From positions 1 through 33,700 of the forward strand of contig JAGNMH010000001.1 in NCBI GenBank assembly GCA_017991275.1: a stretch of DNA of 33,700 nt. Direction: 5' to 3'. The DNA is from Acidobacteriota bacterium (GTDB lineage: Bacteria > Acidobacteriota > Blastocatellia > RBC074). Below the pieces are notes generated by a model. That model did not search any database. It was not told the origin of the DNA and saw nothing but the letters and a program-made list of their open reading frames with translations. The position numbers and the translations under genes were made by a program. This document shows positions 8,445 through 17,100 of the stretch, one piece after another. Every line of letters begins with the position of its first letter. The stretch's first letter is position 1.

Positions 8445-8539
8445 TTCGATCTGACGACAATCATTAGTTGCCTGACTGCCGTCATATCTCCTTTCTAAGA
8501 TGGTCTAAGTTGTTATTGAAGCTACGACTCAACAATCTG

Positions 8540-9685
8540 TCAGCAGCCCTTACAAGTCATTGTTTGTCCGCCGCCGGAACTATTCTTTGCCACCTGCACC
8601 CAGTCCGACAAAGTCGCGTCGGAACCGTCAGTTGTATAGAAAAAGAACGTGATCGTAGTATCAGTCGCTTCGGCCAGAATTGCGCCGTATTCTCCGGTGA
8701 TGTACTGCTCTTTTCCGAAATCGCTACCCAACTTGCTGCAATGATGCTTCAACTCGGTTCCGCCCGCTCCATTGGTGATGTATGGGTGATCCTTGGAACT
8801 CTTTTTGGAAAACCGCTGGTAAACATGTTGATGCCCCGTCAGCACGGCGCTTGTTCCCATACTTTCAAAATCCCATTGCATCCACTCAGAGTTGTCGCTG
8901 TCGTTGTTGCAGGAGTAAGGTGCGTGATGAAAGTAAGCAATCTTCCAGGGTTCGGTCGCTTGACCGACCGCGGCTTTGTACCAGTTGTACTGAACCGATC
9001 CGACTGTCGCGCCATCAGGTTCGAAAGTCGCCGTGCTTCTGGTCAATTTGCAATTCCCTTCGTAAGCCAACGGGTCTTCGCTGTCTATCGCAAACAGGTG
9101 AACCGGCGAAGACTGATTGTCGCGCGTCTTCCAGGTCAGGTCGTAATACCGCTGATTAGGCTGGGTCCCGCTGCTGTTGGTTGGCAAGCGCGTAAAAAAT
9201 TGGAGGTATGGCGTCGCGTTCGCCGAATACCACTCGTGATTTCCAGGCGCAGGAAAAAAAGCGTTTACCTGATTTGTCGTGGCCGTCCCGGCACAAGGTG
9301 AAGGCATAGCTCCAGGGTTATAAATGTAATCGCAATAAGGCTGGCTGTTGGCAACGATTGTGCTGGCCTTGCCACAAGGATAATTGTTATCGCCAACGGT
9401 GATGATGAACTGCGGCTCCCAGCCAAGAACCATACTGGCAACATTCTGTTCAGGGCTGCCGCTATCGTTGTTTTGATCCCCGAAATCCCCAAGCACAGCA
9501 AAGCGCACGCAGCTTTTGGCGGTTTTATCGCAGGAAGGACTTGGGTCTTGCGTGGTAGTTGGGGCAGAAATCGAAGTCTCAACCATCGGTTTTTCGACCG
9601 CCGGCTTGTTTTTATTACAAGCCGAGGAGATGGCAAAAACAAACGCCGTTGCAGTGACAACGATAAATGTCTTTGTGCTATTCAT
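8540..9685 (-). CDS. Secreted lipoprotein, calcineurin-like metallophosphoesterase
   Basis: Metallophosphoesterase motifs GDFGD, VGDNNY, PGNHEW and GHQHVY. It has a lipoprotein-type signal ending AISSAC. I chose the ATG at 9685 (MNSTKTF...). The ORF-track start at 9697 is a GTG four codons upstream. Confidence 0.85.
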   Translation of the reverse strand: MNSTKTFIVVTATAFVFAISSACNKNKPAVEKPMVETSISAPTTTQDPSPSCDKTAKSCVRFAVLGDFGDQNNDSGSPEQNVASMVLGWEPQFIITVGDNNYPCGKASTIVANSQPYCDYIYNPGAMPSPCAGTATTNQVNAFFPAPGNHEWYSANATPYLQFFTRLPTNSSGTQPNQRYYDLTWKTRDNQSSPVHLFAIDSEDPLAYEGNCKLTRSTATFEPDGATVGSVQYNWYKAAVGQATEPWKIAYFHHAPYSCNNDSDNSEWMQWDFESMGTSAVLTGHQHVYQRFSKKSSKDHPYITNGAGGTELKHHCSKLGSDFGKEQYITGEYGAILAEATDTTITFFFYTTDGSDATLSDWVQVAKNSSGGGQTMTCKGC

Positions 9686-9916
9686 TCCCCAAGTCACCTA
9701 AACTTAAGTAAACGAAGACGCTGGCCAGCAAAGCGGTCTTTCGACCGGCAACCAGACGGCATAGACTTACAAATTTTCTAAATTGATTTACTTCTGAATG
9801 CGCTCGGCTGGAAATTAGCGCCGAGCCAAGATAGTCAAGAACGCGGCGTAGTCTACGCATACAGCCGACAACCGTCAACGTGCGCTCTCGGCATCTAAAA
9901 ATAGGAACAAGAAAAC

Positions 9917-11269
9917 TTATCGGCTTAAAAACAAATCTCTATCGAACTGACTGGGTTCACCGGCGACGGCAAAATGAAAATTCTTAAGATATGTTCGGCA
10001 GACGCGAGTAATGTCTTCAGGTTTGACTTTGTTGACGGAGTCAATCCAGGTCAGCAATCTATGCCAGTCTCCGCCAAGCAACTCGTATTCAGCCAGTCTG
10101 GCCGCCTGGGCATCGTTGGTTTCCAGCTTGGTGTAATACTTGGTTAAAAAGCCGCTGACGATAGAACTCAACCCCTCTTCGCGAATGGTTTGACGCTGCA
10201 AAAAATCTATTTGATCGAACATTACTCGGATAGTTTCGTTCGGTTTGGGAGTTGTGACCGTCAAAAAACCGGAGTTGGCTCGATTAGAAAGCACAGTAGC
10301 ATCAGCGCCGTAACTAAGATTACGACGTACCCGGACTTCCTGAAAGAAAAGTTGCCCAAGAATGTCTATGGCCACCGAAAACGCCGGGTAATCAGGATGA
10401 TCCAGCGGCGGCGCGGCAAATGTCCCGCGAATGTAGTTGGTGGCTACGTTACGTTTAATGACTTCGAACTCTGGAGTCTTGGCTTTGGCAAAAGCCTGAA
10501 TGGTCTCGTTTTTGAAATCGCCTTTGGACAACTTGCCAAAACTGGATTCAATCTTCTGGCGGATTTCCGGCGACGTGACGTTACCGACCACAACAGCAAC
10601 CATTCTTCCCGCGCCCAGAATTTTGGAGTGATGAGCTTTCAGATCGGCAGCCGTTAAAGCTCCAACCGATTCAACTGTGCCATCAGGTGAATTGTCATAA
10701 GGATGCGATGAGTAGAGAAGCTTGTTACTAAGAATTGCCACCGAGCTTTCAGGATTATCATCTTGTTGACGCAACCCGTTAATGGTTTGGTCTTTGAGCA
10801 AGGCGACTTCTTTTTCGTCAAACAGCGGATTCAGAATAATGTCGGTCAGCAACTCCCACGATCTATCAAAGTTCTTCCGCACGCAGCGCATGGCAATCAC
10901 GCTGAAATCGTAACCGCCAGCCGAATCAATGATTGTCCCCATCCTGGCCAGTTCGCGATTGAGCTGGCTCTTGCTGAAGTTTTTGGTTCCCTGTTGAGCG
11001 GCTTCAAACATCAGTGATTCAATACCGGCATTCTTTTCCGTGATGTTGCGAGTTCCACCGCGAAAGTATATTTGCACGGCCACAACTTCATTGCCGGTTA
11101 CCTGACGATGAATCGTTTTCAAACCGTTGGCCAAGGTGAAATCGGTCGTCGTATCGGAAGCTCTGGCTGGAGCAGAGGCTTGGGCATAAGCCGAAACCGA
11201 CAACATAAAAACAAGCGCGATGTTTAGAGCGATGAGAGGAATTTTGGCGAACGGAGTTTTTATATTCAT
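9917..11269 (-). CDS. M16-family (pitrilysin/insulinase-like) peptidase, non-catalytic partner subunit
   Basis: 450-aa protein with a signal peptide and M16 two-domain length. The position expected for HxxEH reads GIESLMFEAAQQG, with no zinc ligands. It lies directly downstream of an active M16 paralog. Confidence 0.85.
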   Translation of the reverse strand: MNIKTPFAKIPLIALNIALVFMLSVSAYAQASAPARASDTTTDFTLANGLKTIHRQVTGNEVVAVQIYFRGGTRNITEKNAGIESLMFEAAQQGTKNFSKSQLNRELARMGTIIDSAGGYDFSVIAMRCVRKNFDRSWELLTDIILNPLFDEKEVALLKDQTINGLRQQDDNPESSVAILSNKLLYSSHPYDNSPDGTVESVGALTAADLKAHHSKILGAGRMVAVVVGNVTSPEIRQKIESSFGKLSKGDFKNETIQAFAKAKTPEFEVIKRNVATNYIRGTFAAPPLDHPDYPAFSVAIDILGQLFFQEVRVRRNLSYGADATVLSNRANSGFLTVTTPKPNETIRVMFDQIDFLQRQTIREEGLSSIVSGFLTKYYTKLETNDAQAARLAEYELLGGDWHRLLTWIDSVNKVKPEDITRVCRTYLKNFHFAVAGEPSQFDRDLFLSR

Positions 11270-11342
11270 CTTTGGTTTGTTGGTAAAGAGTTATGCTTTC
11301 TTCGTGTCTCTTCGTGTATCTTGGCAGAGAACATTTTTCCGG

Positions 11343-12836
11343 CTACGGTTTCGGCTTGGCCTTACCAACCGGTTTCTTGGCCGACACGCCTTTGCCGCCT
11401 ATTTTTGGCGCGGGCTTGTCAGCGACAGCAGCGCCAACCGCATCCAATCGTGCAAGCAAATCCTGATCTGTCAGGCCGATTCGTTTTTGATCTGCTTCGG
11501 ATACCATGACCGTCACGACACGGTTTTTGTTCTTGATGTATCTGCGCACGTATTGCTTCAAATCTTCGCGCGTGACTTTATTCAGGTTGTCAATGTACCC
11601 ACCAAAATAATCCAGGCCGGAACTTGCCCACCAAAAACTGAGTACGTGGGCGTACTCCGACGGCTTTTCGCGCTCATAAATTCCGTTCACATCCAGTAAT
11701 GTTTTGGCGCTTGCCAATTCCTCGTCGGTGAAATAATCAGCCGAGTCGAATTTAGCAATTTCGGCATTGATAGCTTTCAGCGCAGCCTTAAGCTTTTCAG
11801 GACTTGCCTGGGCCGTGATCGAAATCGGCCCGACATTTTTCTGAGTGTAATAATTGATCCCGCCTGCAGTTGTCAGTCCCGTATCAACCAGGGCGCGAGT
11901 GAATTGCGAGTTCGGCTGGCTCAAAATAAATGAAAAAACATCAGCGGCGTAAGTCCCCGGAGCATCAATATCCGTGGAAGGGCCAAGCCAGGAAATTTGA
12001 ATAGTCGCCGAATTGACAGGCTGATTGACAATCACCACTGCGTCTTTCGGCAGCGGTGGATGACGCGGGATCGGATCTTTGATGAAAGGGTCTTCGCCGC
12101 GAGGCCAGTCTCCGAAAATCTCGCCGGCAAGCTTGAAAACCTCCTGGGCACTGACATCTCCCGCAACAACCAGGGCTGAATTATTCGGGATGTAAAACTT
12201 CTTCTGGATGACGCGCATCATTTCCGGTGTAGCCTTGGCCACGGTTTCCGGGTCACCACCGGGGCGTTTGCGCGAAGGATATTTGTACCAAAGCCTCTGA
12301 TTGGTAGCTTCAAACAGATAGTTGAATGGGTTGGAAAGGTGCTGGTTCAATTCGTCAATCACGATCTGAATTTCCTGATCCAGTTCCTGCTTGTCGAAAA
12401 GTGGGTAACGAATTGAATCGCGTATCAGAGTCATGGCTTCGCTCAGACCGGAATTGATAGTCGTGGTGAAATAGTTGACGACTTCTTCGCGCGTAGTCGC
12501 GTTGCTGAGCATTCCAAGTTCGGACGCGCGGTCATGATAGCCCTCGGCTTTAGACTTTTCGTTCGATTTGAAAAACATGTGCTCGTATAAATGCGACAGT
12601 CCGTTGTATTCCGGCGGTTCGGTGTAAGCGCCATTCTTGACGGCAATTTCAACCGTAACCAGTGGCACTGAACGGTTTTCAACGACAATCACATCCATGC
12701 CATTTTTCAGCTTCAGCAACTGCCATTGCGGTTTGGCTGAAACGCCAGTCGAACTGAGCGAAAAAACCGCAATCAAAGCCAGAACTGTTGCCAACTTGAC
12801 GACCGGCCTGATGTTAAATCTAAGCTTGATAATCAC
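11343..12836 (-). CDS. M16-family zinc peptidase, catalytic subunit
   Basis: The inverted zinc motif HxxEH is present as GLSHLYEHMFFK. It has a signal peptide (VLALIAVFSLSSTGVSA) and a GTG start at 12836 preceded by GGAGAA. The C-terminal tail is Lys/Pro-rich (KKPVGKAKPKP). Confidence 0.9.
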   Translation of the reverse strand: MIIKLRFNIRPVVKLATVLALIAVFSLSSTGVSAKPQWQLLKLKNGMDVIVVENRSVPLVTVEIAVKNGAYTEPPEYNGLSHLYEHMFFKSNEKSKAEGYHDRASELGMLSNATTREEVVNYFTTTINSGLSEAMTLIRDSIRYPLFDKQELDQEIQIVIDELNQHLSNPFNYLFEATNQRLWYKYPSRKRPGGDPETVAKATPEMMRVIQKKFYIPNNSALVVAGDVSAQEVFKLAGEIFGDWPRGEDPFIKDPIPRHPPLPKDAVVIVNQPVNSATIQISWLGPSTDIDAPGTYAADVFSFILSQPNSQFTRALVDTGLTTAGGINYYTQKNVGPISITAQASPEKLKAALKAINAEIAKFDSADYFTDEELASAKTLLDVNGIYEREKPSEYAHVLSFWWASSGLDYFGGYIDNLNKVTREDLKQYVRRYIKNKNRVVTVMVSEADQKRIGLTDQDLLARLDAVGAAVADKPAPKIGGKGVSAKKPVGKAKPKP

Positions 12837-12892
12837 GAATCAATTCTCCGGTTAGGGAGTCAGCACCGTGAGTGGCACTAACTCAATGAGTC

Positions 12893-13705
12893 TTATTTCC
12901 AAAATGCAAACCAACTCTTTTTACGGCCAAGCAGAGCGTCCATATCCACATCCGGCTGAACAGGAATCGCTCGGTCATTGACCAGAGCTTCAGGGTTATC
13001 TTCGACCATTGCACGGGCATAATCTTCGCCAACCAATTCGGCGGCGACAGCAACGGCAGCGGACAGAATCGGGCGACGACGATCCTGATGATGCGCGTCC
13101 GTAGCAATGAAATGAGCCAACCCGGCTTCCAGAATTTTTTTTGCTGACTGATACGATTCCGGCCCGAAGCTTTTGGTCAAACTGCCTGCGTCCACTTGAG
13201 AGAAGGCTCCGCGTTCGACCAGGTCGGCGATGATTTTAGGATTGTCCTGGATGCGTTTGTTGCGTTCAGGATGAGCAATGACCGGCGTAATGCCTAAGCT
13301 CAGAATCTGAAAGATGGTCATTTCAATGTTCGGTGGGATTGATTGAAAAGGAAACTCCAGCAACATGTATGAAGTGCCGTTGAGCTTGATCCGAGTGTTA
13401 GGGTTTTCAGCTTCCTGGAAAATCTCGTAACTATATCTGACTTCTCCGCCGGGAACGATTTGAACACAATTGTCTGCCGCAGCCATTACCCTATCAATCC
13501 TGCGACGAATGGATTCGCTGTCGGGAGTGGTATGAACTCCGTCGAACATATGCGGAGTGGCGATGATGGTTTTGATTCCATCTGCTGCCGCTGCTCTGCA
13601 CATCGCGACTGACTCTTCCACAGAAGTCGCCCCATCGTCCGTTTCCGGCAGGATGTGACAATGAATGTCCACCATTTTTTGCGTCATCTTTGGAGTTTCC
13701 AGCAT
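12893..13705 (-). CDS. CpsB/CapC-type PHP-family manganese-dependent protein-tyrosine phosphatase
   Basis: The N-terminal VDIHCHILPETDDGA, then ATPH, IAHPER and TDAHH motifs, match the CpsB/YwqE pattern. The start is ambiguous, with ATGs at 13705, 13687 and 13675. The family usually starts just before the DIHxH motif. Confidence 0.85.
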   Translation of the reverse strand: MLETPKMTQKMVDIHCHILPETDDGATSVEESVAMCRAAAADGIKTIIATPHMFDGVHTTPDSESIRRRIDRVMAAADNCVQIVPGGEVRYSYEIFQEAENPNTRIKLNGTSYMLLEFPFQSIPPNIEMTIFQILSLGITPVIAHPERNKRIQDNPKIIADLVERGAFSQVDAGSLTKSFGPESYQSAKKILEAGLAHFIATDAHHQDRRRPILSAAVAVAAELVGEDYARAMVEDNPEALVNDRAIPVQPDVDMDALLGRKKSWFAFWK

Positions 13706-13973
13706 CAGCGGTATGCAGCTTCCTTACAAAACAAAACTTATACCCGACATTGCTTGAACAAGCACGGGCATTATCTGGTATCAAGCCAACCCGTTCAAGC
13801 AGCCTGCCTGAAAAGCTTTTACACCAATGCCCGCCGGCAGCAGGCCGAAAATTAGCTTTCCGACAGGCTGTCTTTCTTTTTTAGGTTTAGCCAACCGCTT
13901 TGCTTGCCCCAAACGGTCTGTAAGGGTAGTTTGAGGAACATCCCAACCAACACAATTAGACAAAAGGAGCACC

Positions 13974-14861
13974 ATGAAGTTCAAGATATTCCTCGCGGTC
14001 GTATTGCTTTTCGTTCTGACCAATGTCGTTCAGGCGCAAAAAGTTATTCGTTTATATCCGGGCGCTGCGCCGGGTTCGGAACATTGGAAGCATCAAGAGA
14101 AAGAGTACTTCTCTCAGATTTGGAACACTCAAGTCGTCACCAATGTCGTCAATCCGACGTTGACTGTCTTTTCACCTGAAGCAGATAAAGCCAATGGAAC
14201 TGCTGTGATTATCTGTCCCGGCGGAGGTTTCCACGCGCTTTCAATCAACAGCGAAGGCGTTGACGTAGCCAAATGGCTGGCGGCTCGTGGAGTTACCGCT
14301 TTCGTTTTGAAATACCGGTTGGTTCCAACCGGCGAAGACGGAGTGAAAGAAGTGATGGCCAAAATGGGCGGCGGCGCTCGTGTCAATGTTGATGCCGCAA
14401 ACGTTGACGTAGTTCCGCTGGCAGTTGCCGACGGTCTGGCGGCAATGAGTTACGTTCGCAAACACGCAGCCGAATTTGGAGTAAACGCGAATCGCATTGG
14501 CTTTATGGGATTTTCTGCTGGCGGAACGGTGACGGCTTCGGTCGCGTTTCAGTACTCGGCGGATAACCGCCCGGACTTCGTTGCTCCAATTTATGTTTAC
14601 CTGGGAGCGGTCAAACCAGCCGAAGTTCCGAAAGACGCTCCACCGATGTTCATAGTGGCGGCAACCGATGATCAACTTGGCTTGGCTCCTGACAGCGTCA
14701 AACTTTACAGTCAATGGATTGCCGCGAAGAAGCCCGCCGAAATGCACCTGTATTCCAAAGGCGGCCACGGCTTCGGAATGAAGAAACAAAACCTGCCGTC
14801 TGATCAATGGATTGATCGCTTTGGCGACTGGCTTGGCTTGCAGGGATTGCTGAAGAAATAA
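13974..14861 (+). CDS. Secreted alpha/beta-hydrolase esterase (lipase/acetyl-esterase-like)
   Basis: Signal peptide, an oxyanion-hole-like CPGGGFH, the nucleophile elbow GFSAGG and C-terminal Asp/His contexts (ATDD, GGHGF). AAGGAG lies 7 nt upstream of the ATG. Confidence 0.88.
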   Translation: MKFKIFLAVVLLFVLTNVVQAQKVIRLYPGAAPGSEHWKHQEKEYFSQIWNTQVVTNVVNPTLTVFSPEADKANGTAVIICPGGGFHALSINSEGVDVAKWLAARGVTAFVLKYRLVPTGEDGVKEVMAKMGGGARVNVDAANVDVVPLAVADGLAAMSYVRKHAAEFGVNANRIGFMGFSAGGTVTASVAFQYSADNRPDFVAPIYVYLGAVKPAEVPKDAPPMFIVAATDDQLGLAPDSVKLYSQWIAAKKPAEMHLYSKGGHGFGMKKQNLPSDQWIDRFGDWLGLQGLLKK

Positions 14862-14871
14862 CAAAAAGCCT

Positions 14872-14935
14872 GTAGTCCCGCCTTTAGGCGGAAGGTCTCG
14901 GCGACCAGACCCATTCTGCCCAAAAGCGGGACTAC
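14872..14935. repeat. Nested palindromic intergenic element (REP-like / attenuator-terminator candidate)
   Basis: The outer 10-bp stem pairs GTAGTCCCGC (14872-14881) with GCGGGACTAC (14926-14935). The inner hairpin is CCGCC-TTTA-GGCGG (14878-14891). The element lies between two co-oriented hydrolase genes. Confidence 0.5.
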
Positions 14936-14956
14936 GAACTTTTAGGAGCGTACTCA

Positions 14957-17014
14957 ATGACAAAACATCGTTTTCATCTCGCCGGATTGTTCATCGCGGC
15001 AGCAGTAATCATTGCCTGCTCAATCAATGCCGAGGCGCGCGTTATTCGGATTCTGATCGAACAGAAACAATCGCCCATCAGCGAAGGCAAATCATTCGGC
15101 AATGTCGGCCAATACGAAATGCTGACAGGCAAGGCCTTTGGAGAGCTTGATCCAAAAGACCCGCACAATTCGATCATCACCGACATTCAATTTGCTCCGC
15201 GCAATGCGCGAGGAATGGTCGAATACGTCGCCACTTTTATGATGCTGAAACCGATTGACCTCACCAAAACGAACGGCGTATTGCTTTACTCAGTGCCGAA
15301 TCGCGGCAATCGAGCCTTAAGCGGCGGTTACAGCGTCGCGGGCGAATCCGGCGAAGAATTTTTGATGAAGCGCGGTTACGTCATTTTGTTCAGCGGTTGG
15401 CAGGGCGATTTGGCTCCGCGCGCCGGCTTTGAAACCATTAGCGTGCCGATTGCCAAAAATCCAGACGGTTCCAGCATCACCGGAACGGTGCTGGCTCGTT
15501 TCAGTAATATGCCAGGAAGCACAAATACTTTACCGTTGCCGGTTGCTCACACGGCGGCATCGCTCGACACGACCAAAGCCACTTTGACTCGCCGGGCTTC
15601 TGAAGAAGGCGCGATCATTCCAATCGCCAGTTCTGAATGGGCGTTTGCCGATTGCGGCAAATCTGCTTTCCCAGGCTCGCCTGACGCCAACAAACTTTGC
15701 CTGAAAAACGGTTTCGACCCGGCCTATCTTTACGAACTGGTTTACACGGCCAAAGACCCGCTGGTGTTGGGCATTGGCTTTGCGGCCACGCGAGACATCA
15801 CTTCGTTCTTTCGGCGCTCGGCCACGGATGATGCCGGAACTGCCAATCCAATCGCCGGTCGAATCACTCACTCAATTGCTCAAGGAAATTCGCAATCCGG
15901 CAACTTCATCAAGACTTTCATTCACCTGGGATTCAATCAGGACGAAGCCAATCGAATCGTTTGGGAAGGCGCGAACGATCACATCGCCGGGCGACAAATG
16001 GCGCTGAACATTCGCTTCGCGCATCCTGGCGGCGCGGCAAATATGTACGAACCCGGCAGCGAAGCAGTTTTATGGTGGGGCAAACACGAAGACGCTGTCC
16101 GCGGCAGAAAAACGGCAAGTATGTTGGACAGATGCGCAGTGACCAGAACTTGTCCGAGGATTTTCGAGACTTTCGGTTCGGCTGAATTCTGGGGATTGCG
16201 AATGTCGCCGAATCTGGTTGGCTTGAAAGCCGACGCAGACATTCCGCTGCCAACAAATGTTCGGCGGTATTACTTCCCCGGCACGACTCACGGCGGAGGA
16301 CGCGGCGGATTCAGCACAACCTTGGCTTCGGCAACAGCTTCACAAACGACAGGCGTGGGCGCATGTGAATTGCCCAACAACAACAATCCGCAATCAGACA
16401 CGACACGGGCATTGTTCGTAGCTCTGACCGACTGGGTGATAAAAGACATTGCTCCACCGCCTAGCCAATATCCTCGGTTGGAGCAAAACCAACTGGTTTG
16501 GCCGCGAGCGGCAGCAATGGGCTTCCCTGCAATCCCAGGCTGGCCGCTGCCTGACAACCTGCTCAACGCTTTTCTGGATTACGATTTTGGCGCTGAGTTT
16601 AATTACAACGACCTGTCAGGAGTTCTGACAATTCAACCACCGACCATCAAGCGAGTGCTGCCTCTGCTTGTTCCGAAAGTAAATGCCGACGGCAACGAAA
16701 CAAGCGGTGTAGCCTCGGCGCTGCATCAGGCTCCGTTGGGTACATACCTGGGCTGGAACGTCACACGCGCCGGTTTTTACAAAGGCCGTGTCTGTGGCTT
16801 TTCAGGCGGCTTTATTCCATTCGCCAAAACCAAAGCCGAGCGTGAAGCAGTTGGCGATCCGCGACCTTCGCTGGAAGAACGTTACCGCGATCACGCCGGT
16901 TATGTGGCCGCTGTGCGCGCGGCGGTTGAGAAACTGTTGCAGCAAAAATTCCTCTTGCCTGAGGATGCCGAAAGGCTGATACGCGAAGCCGAAACCAGCA
17001 ATGTCTTACGCTGA
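14957..17014 (+). CDS. Secreted 685-aa conserved hypothetical protein, probable alpha/beta-hydrolase-fold enzyme
   Basis: AGGAG RBS and a signal peptide (LFIAAAVIIACSINAEA). A possible nucleophile elbow is AQGNSQSGNF (15884-15901). The fold assignment comes from remembered similarity to uncharacterised alpha/beta hydrolase domain proteins and is not verified. Confidence 0.8.
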   Translation: MTKHRFHLAGLFIAAAVIIACSINAEARVIRILIEQKQSPISEGKSFGNVGQYEMLTGKAFGELDPKDPHNSIITDIQFAPRNARGMVEYVATFMMLKPIDLTKTNGVLLYSVPNRGNRALSGGYSVAGESGEEFLMKRGYVILFSGWQGDLAPRAGFETISVPIAKNPDGSSITGTVLARFSNMPGSTNTLPLPVAHTAASLDTTKATLTRRASEEGAIIPIASSEWAFADCGKSAFPGSPDANKLCLKNGFDPAYLYELVYTAKDPLVLGIGFAATRDITSFFRRSATDDAGTANPIAGRITHSIAQGNSQSGNFIKTFIHLGFNQDEANRIVWEGANDHIAGRQMALNIRFAHPGGAANMYEPGSEAVLWWGKHEDAVRGRKTASMLDRCAVTRTCPRIFETFGSAEFWGLRMSPNLVGLKADADIPLPTNVRRYYFPGTTHGGGRGGFSTTLASATASQTTGVGACELPNNNNPQSDTTRALFVALTDWVIKDIAPPPSQYPRLEQNQLVWPRAAAMGFPAIPGWPLPDNLLNAFLDYDFGAEFNYNDLSGVLTIQPPTIKRVLPLLVPKVNADGNETSGVASALHQAPLGTYLGWNVTRAGFYKGRVCGFSGGFIPFAKTKAEREAVGDPRPSLEERYRDHAGYVAAVRAAVEKLLQQKFLLPEDAERLIREAETSNVLR

Positions 17015-17038
17015 GTGAAAATCTGAAGCCAAGAGACC

Positions 17039-17076
17039 AAAAAGCCCGCGAACCTTCTGATTCGCGGGCTTTTTTT
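17039..17076. terminator. Bidirectional intrinsic terminator between convergent genes
   Basis: AAAAA, then stem GCCCGCGAA (17044-17052), an 8-nt loop, stem TTCGCGGGC (17061-17069), then TTTTTTT. This is a classic A-tract/stem/T-tract architecture. Confidence 0.85.
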
Positions 17077-17100
17077 CATCCACAGCATTTTTATTGTCTA

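Noticed and set aside
8468-9301. 277-aa ORF antisense to the metallophosphoesterase gene
   Set aside because: This is a shadow ORF. The opposite strand encodes all four metallophosphoesterase motifs plus a lipoprotein signal. This frame gives low-complexity Arg/Leu-rich sequence.
14241-14963. 240-aa minus-strand ORF spanning the esterase gene and the downstream palindromic element
   Set aside because: It is antisense to a well-supported esterase. Its N-terminus is just a translation of the intergenic palindrome (…PPKGGTTGF…), a common artefact of repeat elements.
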